NCBI GenBank assembly: GCA_965215605.1
Contig: OZ244070.1
Span: forward strand, 2,816,001 to 2,880,000
DNA length: 64,000 nt
Direction of reading: 5' to 3'
DNA from: an uncultured Candidatus Binatia bacterium
Lineage (GTDB): Bacteria > Desulfobacterota > Binatia > UBA9968 > JAJDTQ01
Positions within the stretch are counted from its first letter, which is position 1. Every line of letters begins with the position of its first letter. Below the pieces are notes generated by a model. It had not been told where the DNA came from. It saw only the letters and a list, made by a program, of their open reading frames with translations, and did not search any database. The position numbers were made by a program, and so were the translations under genes. Positions 38,018 to 48,053 of the stretch are shown one piece after another.

Positions 38018-39754
38018 ATGGGTGAACAGGGATCAGCCGAAGCGGTCGGCATTATGAAGGCCGCCGATTTTCGCCTCGAGGCGGCCCGGGTCATGGCGCG
38101 GCACGCGGAGTTGGAGCCGGAGGCGGTGGATCGCATGTTGACGACTCCGCCGAAGCCGGACATGGGCGATTTCGCCTTCCCGTGCTTCACGCTGGCCAAG
38201 AAGCTGCGCAAGGCCCCTCCGGTGATCGCGAAAGAGATCGCGGAGAAAGCGTCCGGTGACCTGGAACTCCTGTGCGGCGCCCAGGCCGCCGGCGGCTACG
38301 TCAACCTTTCTGTGGACCGCACCCGCTTCGCCGACGCGGTGCTGCGCGAGGCGGCATCGGCGGGCGAGGCCTACGGCACCTGCGCGGACGGGACCGGCCA
38401 GACCATCGCCATCGACTACTCCTCCCCCAACATCGCCAAGCCTTTTCACGTGGGCCATTTGCGCTCCACCATCATCGGCGGCGCGTTGGTGCGGATCTTC
38501 GAGACCCTGGGCTACGAGGTCGTCGGCATCAACCACGTGGGCGACTGGGGCACCCAGTTCGGCCGGCAGATCGTGGGCCTCAAGCGGTTCGGGAAGCCCG
38601 AGGACGCCGACGACCTGATGAGCCTCAACCGCCTCTACGTCCAGTTCCACGAGGCGGCGGAAAGCGACCGGGAGTTGGTGGAGGAGGCGCGGGAGTGGTT
38701 CCGCCGCCAGGAGGCGGGGGACCAGGTGGCGCTGGCGCTGTGGCGCCGCATCCGCGATACCAGCCTCGACTACTTCAAGCGCATCTACGACCGGCTGGGG
38801 GTACGCTTCGACTCCTACACGGGCGAGTCGTTCTTCAACGACAAGATGGACGTGGTCATCGAGGAGGCCCGGGCCAAGGGCCTGGCCGAGGTGTCCGACG
38901 GCGCCCTCATCATCGACCTTTCGGAGGAGGGCATCGACACCCCGGCGCTGCTGGAGAAGGCCGACGGCACCACCCTCTACCTCACCCGTGACGTGGCCGC
39001 GGCCCGGTACCGCCACGACACCTACGGCTGCGACCGCATCGTCTACGTGGTGGCCAGCGGCCAGTCGCTGCATTTCAAGCAGCTCTTCACGGTGCTGAAG
39101 CTGCTCGGGCACCCTTGGGCCAAGGACTGCGTGCACGTGAACTTCGGGCTGGTGCAGGGCATGTCCACCCGCAAGGGCAACGTCATCTACCTGGAGGAAC
39201 TGCTGGACGAAGCCCGGGACCGGGCGCTGGCCTACATGCAAGGCGAGATCGAGAAGCGGCTGGAGCTCGAGGACGAGGAGACCGTGGCCGAGGCCGTAGG
39301 CATCGCCGCCATCTTCTTCGCCGACCTGTCCAAGCAGCGGATCAAGGACTACCGTTTCGACTGGGACCTGGCCATATCCTTCGACGGCGACACCGGGCCG
39401 TACCTCATGAGCGCCCACGCGCGCATTGCCGGCATCCTGCGCAACTGCGGGCTCGACCCGGACCCCGATGCCGACGTGAGCCCGCTGGTGGAGCCGGAGG
39501 CCCACCGGCTGGTGAGCCTGGTGGCCCGCTACCCCGACGTGCTGCGGGAGGCCGGGCGGCTGTACGAGCCTTCGGTGCTGGCCAACTACCTGCTGGAGCT
39601 GGCACGGGGCCTGCACGCCAGCTACACGGTGCTGCGGGTCAAGGGCGAGGAAACCGGCAGGGCGCAGGCCCGACTCCTGCTCTTCACCGCGGTGAAGCAG
39701 GTGCTCCGGAGCGGCCTGACCATCCTCGGCATCCAGCCCCTGGAGCGGATGTAG
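38018..39754 (+). CDS. argS: Arginine--tRNA ligase
   Basis: DYSSPNIAKPFHVGHLRSTIIG, GDWGTQFG, YLTRD, MSTRKG, GDTGPYL, LERM; alternative start 38054. Confidence 0.97.
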   Translation: MGEQGSAEAVGIMKAADFRLEAARVMARHAELEPEAVDRMLTTPPKPDMGDFAFPCFTLAKKLRKAPPVIAKEIAEKASGDLELLCGAQAAGGYVNLSVDRTRFADAVLREAASAGEAYGTCADGTGQTIAIDYSSPNIAKPFHVGHLRSTIIGGALVRIFETLGYEVVGINHVGDWGTQFGRQIVGLKRFGKPEDADDLMSLNRLYVQFHEAAESDRELVEEAREWFRRQEAGDQVALALWRRIRDTSLDYFKRIYDRLGVRFDSYTGESFFNDKMDVVIEEARAKGLAEVSDGALIIDLSEEGIDTPALLEKADGTTLYLTRDVAAARYRHDTYGCDRIVYVVASGQSLHFKQLFTVLKLLGHPWAKDCVHVNFGLVQGMSTRKGNVIYLEELLDEARDRALAYMQGEIEKRLELEDEETVAEAVGIAAIFFADLSKQRIKDYRFDWDLAISFDGDTGPYLMSAHARIAGILRNCGLDPDPDADVSPLVEPEAHRLVSLVARYPDVLREAGRLYEPSVLANYLLELARGLHASYTVLRVKGEETGRAQARLLLFTAVKQVLRSGLTILGIQPLERM

Positions 39755-39757
39755 TTC

Positions 39758-40498
39758 GTGAAGCTGCTGCTGACCAACGACGACGGCATCGACGCTCCGG
39801 GCCTGGAGGTGCTGGAGCGGACCGTGCGCGAGTGGGGCGAGGTCGTCGTCGTGGCGCCGGCGGAAGCGCAGTCCGGCGTCGGCCACAAGCTCACCACGGA
39901 CCGGCCGATCCCGGTGGAGAGAGTCGCCGCCGGGCGTTACAGCGTCCAGGCCAGTCCCGCGGACTGCGTCCGGATAGCGCTCACCGAGATCGTGCCGGAT
40001 GCGTCGTGGGTGCTGGCGGGCATCAACCGGGGAGCGAACCTCGGCGCCGACGTCTACACCTCGGGCACGGTGGCGGCGGCGCGAGAGGCCGCGCTGCTGG
40101 GCTGCCGCTCCCTTGCCATCTCACAGTACGTGGCCAAGGGCCGGCCGGTGGACTGGGATGTCACCCATCGCCGGGCGGCCCCTGTGCTCCGGGAACTGTT
40201 GGCCGGCGAACCGGCCCGGGGCGAGTACTGGAACGTGAACCTGCCGCACCCGCCCGCCGGCGGCGCGGTGGACCTGGCGTTCTGCGCCCTGGACACGGGG
40301 CCCCTCGGCGTGGCCTACCGGAAGGAAGAAGGCGCGTTCGTGTACGAGGCGGTGTACCACCAACGCCCGCGGCAGCCCGGGCGGGACGTGGACGTGTGTC
40401 TGGGCGGGCGCGTCGCGGTGACGAAGCTGGTGCTGGAAATCGCCGGGCCGGCCGTGAACCCCGGCTCTGCCGGACCGGAAGAAGGACCCTTGCCGTGA
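39758..40498 (+). CDS. surE: 5'/3'-nucleotidase SurE
   Basis: LLTNDDGIDAPG, VAP..QSG, PADCV, GINRGANLG, SGTVAAA. Confidence 0.93.
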   Translation: MKLLLTNDDGIDAPGLEVLERTVREWGEVVVVAPAEAQSGVGHKLTTDRPIPVERVAAGRYSVQASPADCVRIALTEIVPDASWVLAGINRGANLGADVYTSGTVAAAREAALLGCRSLAISQYVAKGRPVDWDVTHRRAAPVLRELLAGEPARGEYWNVNLPHPPAGGAVDLAFCALDTGPLGVAYRKEEGAFVYEAVYHQRPRQPGRDVDVCLGGRVAVTKLVLEIAGPAVNPGSAGPEEGPLP

Positions 40499-40746
40499 AC
40501 TACGTCGACGTGTTTCGGACGGTGGACGTCTCCACCCTGGCCGTGGTCAAGTCCGTCCTGGAGAGCGCCGGTATCACCTACGTGGTCCAGGGCGAATCGG
40601 CGCTGACCCTGCTGCCGGTGGGGCCGTTGTGGGGCGCCTTCGGCTCGGCCGGAGCGGCCGCCGTCATCCAGGTGCCGGAAGAAGAGGCCGAGGCGGCCCT
40701 GGAAATGCTGCAGGAAGTCGCCGATCCGGATTCGGGTACGGAATGA
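40495..40746 (+). CDS. Small DUF2007-like protein
   Basis: VVKSVLESAGI..V.GE, IQVPEEEAEAA pattern; GTGA overlap with surE. Confidence 0.7.
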   Translation: MNYVDVFRTVDVSTLAVVKSVLESAGITYVVQGESALTLLPVGPLWGAFGSAGAAAVIQVPEEEAEAALEMLQEVADPDSGTE

Positions 40747-40771
40747 CGCCGGCGCCCGATATCGTCATTCC
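40740..40771. terminator. Hairpin between convergent genes
   Basis: GGAATGACG (40740-48) and CGTCATTCC (40763-71), perfect 9-bp IR. Confidence 0.5.
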
Positions 40772-41601
40772 GCCCTCCTTCCGTCATTCCCGCGAAAGCG
40801 GGAATCCAGGGGCGAGGAGCGCCTGCGCTCGGCCACGAGCTGGAACAGCTCCGGATAGAGTGACGGATTGGCGGCGATGACGCCGTTGCGCAGCGTGTCG
40901 GGCTGATTGAAAGCGAAGGGCCGCCCGTCCAGGTCCGTGACCCTGGCCCCGGCTTCCTCCGCCAGCAGCACTCCCGCGCACACGTCCCATTCGTTCTTGG
41001 GCGCCAGGCTTACGGTGAGGTCGGCGCGTCCGCCGGCAAACTCCGCGAGCTTGTGGGCGATGCTGCCTGTCGGCGTGATTTTGATCGTCCCCTCCAACCC
41101 CGCCAAGAGGCCCCTCCGGGTCTCGCTCCGGCTGGCCAGTGCGGTGGCCCCCGCCAGTCCCGGGCGGTCCGATACGCGCACGGGCCGGTCGTTCCGGAAC
41201 GTCCCGGAGCCCTGACGGCAATGGGTCATGCACCCGGTGGCCGGGTTGTACGTCACTGCCACCACCGGCGTCGCGCCGCGCACCAGGGCCACGGACACGG
41301 CAAACTCGTCTATCCCCTTGATGAACTCCACGGTCCCGTCCAGGGGGTCCACGATCCACACCCACTCCCGTTGCAGCCGTTTGCCGTCATCGGATGATTC
41401 CTCCGACAGCCAGCCGGATTCGGGGAAGGCGCCGAGCAGGGCTTCCCGCAACAAGGTGTTGGCCTCGATGTCGGCGGTGGTGACCGGGTTCCCCCCGCCC
41501 TTGTGCCGGATGGTGTATTCCGACGTGTAGAAGGAGAGGAGCTTCTCTCCGGCGTGATGCGCCGCCCCTCGGGCCGTTGCCAGTGCGTTCTCGAGGTTCA
41601 T
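40765..41601 (-). CDS. Inositol monophosphatase family, CysQ-like
   Basis: VTTAD, LSEE, WIVDPLDGT, EWDVCAG. Confidence 0.88.
   Translation of the reverse strand: MNLENALATARGAAHHAGEKLLSFYTSEYTIRHKGGGNPVTTADIEANTLLREALLGAFPESGWLSEESSDDGKRLQREWVWIVDPLDGTVEFIKGIDEFAVSVALVRGATPVVAVTYNPATGCMTHCRQGSGTFRNDRPVRVSDRPGLAGATALASRSETRRGLLAGLEGTIKITPTGSIAHKLAEFAGGRADLTVSLAPKNEWDVCAGVLLAEEAGARVTDLDGRPFAFNQPDTLRNGVIAANPSLYPELFQLVAERRRSSPLDSRFRGNDGRRAE
40781..40810. repeat. REP/dRS3-like palindromic repeat, copy 1
   Basis: CCGTCATTCCCGCGAAAGCGGGAATCCAGG (ATTCCC-N8-GGGAAT); near-identical copy at 50291. Confidence 0.85.
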
Positions 41602-41670
41602 TTTCCCTGATGTTCGTGATTCGTGAGGACCGCCGGCACGAACTCCGGGTTGGATGTCGCCACGCCGCCC

Positions 41671-42429
41671 TCAGGCCACCCGGATCACCCGCTTGCCTTG
41701 CATGAGCTCGGGGTCGTGGTTGGGGAACGACAACTCCGGGCGCGACGCCGTCTCGAGCGCCCGGTCCAGTGCCACCACCGAGTCCGGCAGGTTGAAGTAC
41801 CATCCCACCGGAAGGCGCTCGCGCAAGTTCCGGTAGGTGTAGGCGATGTCGCCGCACAGCACCGCCTTGCCCGGGGCCGTGTCCACTGCCACCATCTGCG
41901 AGCCCGGGGTGTGGCCGCCGGCCTTGAGCAACTCCACGCCCGGCGCGAGCGCATGGTCCCCGTCCACCAGGGTGACCCGGCCGTCGTCCACCAGCCGTTG
42001 CAGCGCCGGCCGCACCTTGGGGCGCACCAGCTTGTTGAGGTAGTCGAAACGCATCATCGGCCCGGTCCAGAAATCGTACTCGTCCTTCTGGATGACGAAG
42101 TCCGCCTTGGGGAAGAAGTCGAAGCCGGTGAAGTGGTCCACGTGGAAGTGGGTCACGATGACCGTGGCCACGTCTTCCGGCCGGATGCCGATCTCGCCAA
42201 GCAACCGCGCCGGCTCGCGGAACTGGTTCCCCTGGGCCCACTCCGCGGTGACGTAGTCGGGGTGGTAGGCCGTGTCCACCACCACCGGGCCGTCCGGGGT
42301 CTCGATGCACCAGATGATGTAGGGGACCGGCTCGTCCCGCTCGGCGTCGCTGCGGATGCACGGCATGATGCCGGAGTGGCGCCAATTCTCGGCGATGCCG
42401 ACGGTCATGGCAAAGATCTTGTGGTCCAT
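41671..42429 (-). CDS. Metallo-beta-lactamase fold hydrolase (AHL-lactonase-like)
   Basis: VDT, THFHVDH, GHTPG, GD, PNHDP. Confidence 0.88.
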   Translation of the reverse strand: MDHKIFAMTVGIAENWRHSGIMPCIRSDAERDEPVPYIIWCIETPDGPVVVDTAYHPDYVTAEWAQGNQFREPARLLGEIGIRPEDVATVIVTHFHVDHFTGFDFFPKADFVIQKDEYDFWTGPMMRFDYLNKLVRPKVRPALQRLVDDGRVTLVDGDHALAPGVELLKAGGHTPGSQMVAVDTAPGKAVLCGDIAYTYRNLRERLPVGWYFNLPDSVVALDRALETASRPELSFPNHDPELMQGKRVIRVA

Positions 42430-42850
42430 GAAAGCCTCCCTGTCGCGGCGCGGGTCGCCGTTGGTAACCCTAACAGCGGCACCGCCGGCCGTCCACTGTG
42501 GGGCACAGCCGCCGAACCCGGCACCCGTCCCGACGTCATCTGGTCTGGACGGTCGCAGACGGTGATCCAACACCGCCCGTCCACGCCATCCAGGGCCTTC
42601 GCAGGTCTCCGCTGCGATTCGGCGGCTTGCGGGCGTTGTCGAGGGTGCACTTCCTGACCGACATGTACCCTTGTATGCGCATGCCAGTTGGTAATAGAAC
42701 TTCTCAATAGATCAATCCGGGGGATCATGGATTCGGCAGTCGATGGTAGGTTCCTGCGTGACCATAAGAGGCAGGCTGTGCCCACCATAGCTGTCGTGCT
42801 CCCCGCCGGCTGATCCCGGGTGTCACATCCCAGATTGCCAAGCGGGTTCG

Positions 42851-43492
42851 ATGCATCACACCGACGATTGGTACGCAATTCTGCAGGTTGCCGCCGCCGC
42901 TGAGCCGGAGGTTGTCGAGGCCGCATACAAGCGTCTGGCTCAAAAGTACCATCCGGATGTGAATGCTGATCCCGACGCCACGGCGATCATGCAGCGACTG
43001 AACGAGGCGTATGAGGTCCTGAGCGATCCAAAAAAACGATCCGCCTACGATCGGCAGCGGCGGCGCGAGGCGCGGCAGGCTCAACAGCAACGGCAAGCGC
43101 GAACCGGACCCTCCCCACCACGACCAGATGAGCAGGGTCCCGATATGCGGGACCGGAAGGAACAACACGCACGGGAACAACGATCCTCGGGCGCCCAGTC
43201 GTCAGCGGCGTGGAATCCACATTGGCTCACAGCCTTGCTCACGGCCTTGTTTCGCTTCACAGTCTGGGGACCCGCATGGCCACTGCGATCCTTGGGCGCC
43301 CAGTGGTCAGCGTGGACTCCACATTGGCTCACAGCCCTGACTCGCTTCACAGTCTGGAGCTTGGTGGCGCTCGCCCGCCTATCTCTCCTATTCATTTTTG
43401 TCCTTCTTTTTCTTTATGTCCTTCTAGCCTTTCTTGAAGCTCTACGTGAGGCCATCTTATTCCACCAGAGGATGTCCTGGCTTCTTGGATAG
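42851..43492 (+). CDS. J-domain protein with hydrophobic, internally repeated C-terminus
   Basis: DWYAILQV, AYKRLAQKYHPD, LNEAYEVLSDPKKRSAYD; lower GC. Confidence 0.8.
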   Translation: MHHTDDWYAILQVAAAAEPEVVEAAYKRLAQKYHPDVNADPDATAIMQRLNEAYEVLSDPKKRSAYDRQRRREARQAQQQRQARTGPSPPRPDEQGPDMRDRKEQHAREQRSSGAQSSAAWNPHWLTALLTALFRFTVWGPAWPLRSLGAQWSAWTPHWLTALTRFTVWSLVALARLSLLFIFVLLFLYVLLAFLEALREAILFHQRMSWLLG

Positions 43493-43625
43493 GATGGCGG
43501 CTGAGTTACTTGACGCCATTGGCTGACCATACCCTTACCCGCCAACCCTTTCTTAAGGCTTCGGGCCGGACCGCGCACCCCGCAATGCGGCTCAAAGGCC
43601 GGCGGGCGAGGCTTTGCAGCGGCCA

Positions 43626-43751
43626 GCCCTCCGATACAAAGACGGCGATGTTCAAGGTGCCCAGCGCCAGGACGCCGGCCAATGCCTGCCATGCGATGGC
43701 GTAGGAGCCCGTCGCGTCGACAATGTAACCGAAGGTGGGCGTACCCACCAC
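43626..43751 (-). pseudogene. Remnant of an MFS transporter C-terminus
   Basis: [31 protein letters not shown] resembles MFS TM11-12; no upstream coding region. Confidence 0.6.
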
Positions 43752-43875
43752 GGTCCGCGCTCCGGCGGAGCTACTCCCCGGCGCCGGCCTCGTTTCCCTG
43801 CATCCGGGGCAAGGTGTATAATCCCCCAATGGGGTGCCAGCAGGCCATGGCGGGGAGTGGGCGGAGGGTTTGCCG

Positions 43876-44727
43876 GTGAACGCAGCGCCCGCCGCCCCGG
43901 AGTTGCGGGAGATGCTGTCCGAGGCCTGCGCCATCGTCCGGGAGACCCGCTCTCTCATCGAGGCCGCGCTGGAGAAGGGCTTCACGCACCGCTCCAAGGC
44001 CGACGGCAGCTTCGTGACGGACGTGGATATCGCGGTGGAGGAGAAGGCCCGGACGCTGCTGGCGTCACGCTTCCCGGCCCACCGCATCGTCGGCGAGGAG
44101 CTCCCCGAAGGCGGCGGGGTGCACGAACTCACCTGGGTCATCGATCCCATCGACGGTACCAAGAGCTTCCGGCACGGGGTGCCGTTGTACGGCACGCTGC
44201 TGGCCCTGCTTCACGGCGAGGAGCCGATCCTCGGCGTCATCGACTTGCCCGGGCTGGACAGGATATACAGCGCGGCCAAGGGCCTCGGCGCCCGCTGCAA
44301 CGGCCGGGACGTGACGCTGGAAGACCTGCCCGTAGACGGATCGCTGGAGAAGGAGATCCTCGGCATCGGCGACCGCCAGCAGTTCGTCAGCGCCGGCCGT
44401 CCCGAGGTCTTCGATACGTTGATGCAGGCTCATCCCGCCGTGCGGACCTATACCGACTGCTTCGGCCACGCGCTGGCCCTCCAGGGTGCGGTGGGGGCCA
44501 TGGTGGACTTCGATCTGCGGCTCTGGGATACCATGGCCAGCAAGGTGTTGATGGAGGAGGCCGGCGGCCGTTACGCGTGCTTCCAACGGACCGGCGAGGA
44601 ACTGCGCGACAGCCGTTTCGACGTCATACTGGGCAAGCCCCGGGTCGTGGAATGGGTCCTCGACCGCATCGCCGCCCAAGGGCGCGCTCCGGGCGCCCCG
44701 AAACAAACGCCAGGAGGTATTTCTTGA
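43876..44727 (+). CDS. Inositol monophosphatase family, HisN-like
   Basis: [36 protein letters not shown]; GGAGG RBS. Confidence 0.85.
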   Translation: MNAAPAAPELREMLSEACAIVRETRSLIEAALEKGFTHRSKADGSFVTDVDIAVEEKARTLLASRFPAHRIVGEELPEGGGVHELTWVIDPIDGTKSFRHGVPLYGTLLALLHGEEPILGVIDLPGLDRIYSAAKGLGARCNGRDVTLEDLPVDGSLEKEILGIGDRQQFVSAGRPEVFDTLMQAHPAVRTYTDCFGHALALQGAVGAMVDFDLRLWDTMASKVLMEEAGGRYACFQRTGEELRDSRFDVILGKPRVVEWVLDRIAAQGRAPGAPKQTPGGIS

Positions 44728-45320
44728 AACAGCATGGTGCGGCACTCAAGTGCCTGGTAACCGCAATCGTTCTATTCCTGGGCGCGGCGGCGTCCAGTCC
44801 AACAGCAGAGGGAGGAGACAGGCCTGTGGTAACTTTTTCAACGTCGATGGGTGACATCACGATCGAGTTCCTTTCCGAGGAAGCGCCGATCACCACCAAG
44901 AACTTCCTGGAGTACGTCGATGCCGGCTTCTTCGACGGCACCATCTTCCACCGGGTCATTCCCGGCTTCGTGATCCAGGGCGGCGGCTTCACCGAGGACA
45001 TGAACCAGAAGGATACCCGGGCGCCCATCAAGAACGAGGCCGACAACGGCGTCAAGAACAGCCGGGGCACGCTGTCCATGGCGCGCACGTCGGACATCAA
45101 CAGCGCCACCTCCCAGTTCTTCATCAACCTCAAGGACAATGAGTTCCTCGACCACGGCAGCCGGGACTTCGGCTACGCGGTGTTCGCCAAGGTCGTCGAA
45201 GGCATGGACGTGGTGGACAAGATCGCCGGCGTCAAGACCGGCGACCGGGGCCATCACAGCGACGTGCCGATGGAGCCCGTCGTCACCAACACCGCCCGGC
45301 GGAAGGAGGCCGCGAAGTAG
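44724..45320 (+). CDS. Cyclophilin-type peptidyl-prolyl isomerase, probable signal peptide
   Basis: [31 protein letters not shown]; AGGAGG before TTG. Confidence 0.93.
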   Translation: MKQHGAALKCLVTAIVLFLGAAASSPTAEGGDRPVVTFSTSMGDITIEFLSEEAPITTKNFLEYVDAGFFDGTIFHRVIPGFVIQGGGFTEDMNQKDTRAPIKNEADNGVKNSRGTLSMARTSDINSATSQFFINLKDNEFLDHGSRDFGYAVFAKVVEGMDVVDKIAGVKTGDRGHHSDVPMEPVVTNTARRKEAAK

Positions 45321-45341
45321 CCGGGGCGGCCGGGTGTCGAT

Positions 45342-46058
45342 TCACTCTCCGCCGGGCAGTGCCTGACGCCACCGGCCGATGGCTTCCACCACCTCCTGCC
45401 AGATGTCCTCGGGCTCGCGGCCCAGCCGCTTGGGGACGCGGAAGTCGTGGTTGCCGCCCTCGATGATGTGGGTCCGGGTCGGCGCCTGGGCCCGTTCCAG
45501 CACCTCTCCCAGAAGGTCGAGGCGGCAGAAGGGGTCGTTGGTGCCTTCCACGAACAGCATGGGCGCGGTGATCTTCACCAGGTTGTCGGCGCGCAGCTTG
45601 TCGTGGCGCTTGGGCGCGTGTAGCGGGTACCCCAGGAAGACCAGGCCCGCGAGGTTCTGTTCGCCCGCCTCCGCTTCCTTGGCCGCGACGTTGGCGGCGA
45701 TGCGGCCGCCCATGGACTTGCCGCCGATGAAGAGCCGGCCCGGCGCCGGACGAAGGTCGGACCGCACGCGGTCCAGCACGCGTTCGTAGGCGTCTTCCAG
45801 CCGGGCGGCCGGGTCGGGGGCCTTCCGGCCCAGTTCCTTGTAGGGGAAGTTGAACTTCACCGAGAGCCAGCCCGCCCGGGCCAGCGCCTCGTGAAAGAAG
45901 GTCATGAACGGGTGGTGCATGTCCGCTCCGGCGCCGTGGGCGAGGACGATGACGGCGGCCTCGCCGTCGCCGCGGCCTTCCGGCTCCGCCACCACCGCTG
46001 ACACCTCCATGCCCCGGTCCACGGGAATCTTCTCGGTGTGCTGCCGAGGATGGGTCAC
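45342..46058 (-). CDS. Alpha/beta hydrolase (KANL3/Tex30-like)
   Basis: LAHGAG, GGKSMGGR, LGYPLH, GTNDPF, GGNHDF. Confidence 0.88.
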   Translation of the reverse strand: MTHPRQHTEKIPVDRGMEVSAVVAEPEGRGDGEAAVIVLAHGAGADMHHPFMTFFHEALARAGWLSVKFNFPYKELGRKAPDPAARLEDAYERVLDRVRSDLRPAPGRLFIGGKSMGGRIAANVAAKEAEAGEQNLAGLVFLGYPLHAPKRHDKLRADNLVKITAPMLFVEGTNDPFCRLDLLGEVLERAQAPTRTHIIEGGNHDFRVPKRLGREPEDIWQEVVEAIGRWRQALPGGE

Positions 46059-47002
46059 GATGCCGTTCCTCCGAGCCGGCGCGCCGCCTGCAGGTCCTCC
46101 AGCTTCAGCGTGTCGTAGAGGTAGTCGTTGAGGGGCGTGGCGACCCCGTGGACCCGGCCCATGCGCGAGACGTAGCCGCACAGGGAGTCGATTTCGAGAC
46201 GCCGTCCGGCCTCCACGTCATGGCACATGCTGCCCTTGCCGGAGGGGTCCTGTTGCGCCATGAAGCGGTAGTTGGCGGCATCGGACTCCGGCTCCAGCGG
46301 AACCCCCATGGCCAGGGCCAGTTGAAAGACCTCCCGCATCACCTCCCGGGCCATGCGCGCGGTGCCGTCATAGCCGAGGATCTCACCCAGCGGCCGCCGC
46401 GTCAGCGCAGTCATGCCGCTCACCGCGCAGATCAGGATGAACTTGTTCCACAGCTCGACGCGGATGTCGGCGGAGAGGCGCGCGTCCACCTGCCCCTGGC
46501 GCATGGCCTCCACGATCCGCTTCCCTTCGGGGGTGGCACCACCGCCGAGGTTGCCGAACACGATCCGCCGCGGCCCGGCGGTCTGATGAATGCGGCCCGG
46601 CGCGACGATGGCGCTGAAGACGTAGGCGGCTCCCTCCATGACCCGGTGCCCGCCGTACTCCCGGGCCAGCAACTCGCCGTTGTCGACGCCGTTCTGGAGG
46701 GAGATGACCACCGAATCCGGTCCCATCATCGGCCGCATGAAGGGAATCGCCTCGTCGTTGGCGGGCGTCTTGACGCAGTAGAGGATCACGTCGCACGGCC
46801 CGGCCTCGGCCGGATCGTCCGTGAACATCGCGTCGCGCACCTTGAACGCGCCGGGTTCCACCGATTCCACCGCCAAGCCGTGTTGCTTCAAGGCCTGAAG
46901 ATGTTCGCCCCGGGCGATGAAGCACACCGGCAGCCCCGCCCGGGCCAACAGGCCTCCGAAATAACCTCCGACCCCGCCGGTCCCCACGATGCCGAATCGC
47001 AT
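46055..47002 (-). CDS. panE: Ketopantoate reductase family protein
   Basis: GTGGVGGYFG, CVK, SLQNG, WNKF, SMCHDV..GRRLE. Confidence 0.88.
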   Translation of the reverse strand: MRFGIVGTGGVGGYFGGLLARAGLPVCFIARGEHLQALKQHGLAVESVEPGAFKVRDAMFTDDPAEAGPCDVILYCVKTPANDEAIPFMRPMMGPDSVVISLQNGVDNGELLAREYGGHRVMEGAAYVFSAIVAPGRIHQTAGPRRIVFGNLGGGATPEGKRIVEAMRQGQVDARLSADIRVELWNKFILICAVSGMTALTRRPLGEILGYDGTARMAREVMREVFQLALAMGVPLEPESDAANYRFMAQQDPSGKGSMCHDVEAGRRLEIDSLCGYVSRMGRVHGVATPLNDYLYDTLKLEDLQAARRLGGTAS

Positions 47003-47027
47003 GTTCGTCCATGCCTGAAGATCGGAA

Positions 47028-47978
47028 CTACGGCGCCAGCACGATCTTGCCGAAGAACTCGCTGCGCTCCATCAACTCGTGGGCTCGGGCGGCCTCGCTC
47101 AGCGGCAGCACCTCGGACACCACGCCGCGCAGCTTGCGCTCGCTTACCAGCTTCATGACCTCGGGCATGTCCTCGCGCGGCCGCATGGTGGTGCCCATGA
47201 TGGTGAGCTCACGGGTCCAGAGCTGACCCAGGTGAAACTCCACGCGGTGGCCGGCAGTGACCCCGGAGTTGATGAACCGGCCGCCGCGCCGGAGGCTGGC
47301 GAAGCACTCCCGCCACACCGGCGCGCCCACGTGCTCGAAGATCACGTGCACGCCCTCGCCGCCGGTGAACTCCTTCACCTTCTGACTGAATTCGGGGGAT
47401 TCCTTGTAGTTGATGCCCTCGTCGGCGCCCAGCTCGGCGGCCTTGTCGAGCTTCCACTGCGAGCTTGCGGTGGTGATCACCCGGGCGCCCAGCAGCTTGC
47501 AGAGCTGGATGGCACCGCTGCCGATGCCGCTGCCCGCGGCCATGACCAGGACATCCTCGCCGGCCTGGACCTTGGCCCGGACCACCAGCATGCGCCAGGC
47601 GGTGCCGAAGGGCACGGCGATGCACGCGGCCTCCTCGAACGGCATCCATTCCGGGAAGAGGTAGGCGTCGGCGGCTTCCATACGCGCCAGCTCCGCGTAT
47701 CCGCCGCCCCGGCAGCGTCCCAGCACCCGGTCGCCGGCCTTGAAGCCGGTGGTCTCGGCTCCGGCCTCCGCCACCTCGCCCGCTACCTCCAGGCCGGGAA
47801 CGTGGGGCAGCGGCGGCTTGACGCCGTGGCTTCCCTCCCGGGCGAACAGGTCCCGGCGGTTGAGCGCCGCGGCCTTGACCCGGACCAGCAGGTCCGCGGC
47901 GCCGATCTCCGGCTCGGCAACCTCGCCGTAGGTCAGCACTTCCGGGCCGCCGGTTTCGGGGATGTAGACCGCTTTCAT
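47028..47978 (-). CDS. MDR-family NADPH:quinone oxidoreductase-like protein
   Basis: GGPEVL, ALNRRD, PGLEVAG, AAGSGIG, FGKIVL. Confidence 0.88.
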   Translation of the reverse strand: MKAVYIPETGGPEVLTYGEVAEPEIGAADLLVRVKAAALNRRDLFAREGSHGVKPPLPHVPGLEVAGEVAEAGAETTGFKAGDRVLGRCRGGGYAELARMEAADAYLFPEWMPFEEAACIAVPFGTAWRMLVVRAKVQAGEDVLVMAAGSGIGSGAIQLCKLLGARVITTASSQWKLDKAAELGADEGINYKESPEFSQKVKEFTGGEGVHVIFEHVGAPVWRECFASLRRGGRFINSGVTAGHRVEFHLGQLWTRELTIMGTTMRPREDMPEVMKLVSERKLRGVVSEVLPLSEAARAHELMERSEFFGKIVLAP

Positions 47979-48053
47979 CTTCCTGGTCGCCTCGCTCGCT
48001 GTACGATGGTTCCGGTGGAACTTCTTCCGGCATCCGTCGCGACCGGACGCCGC

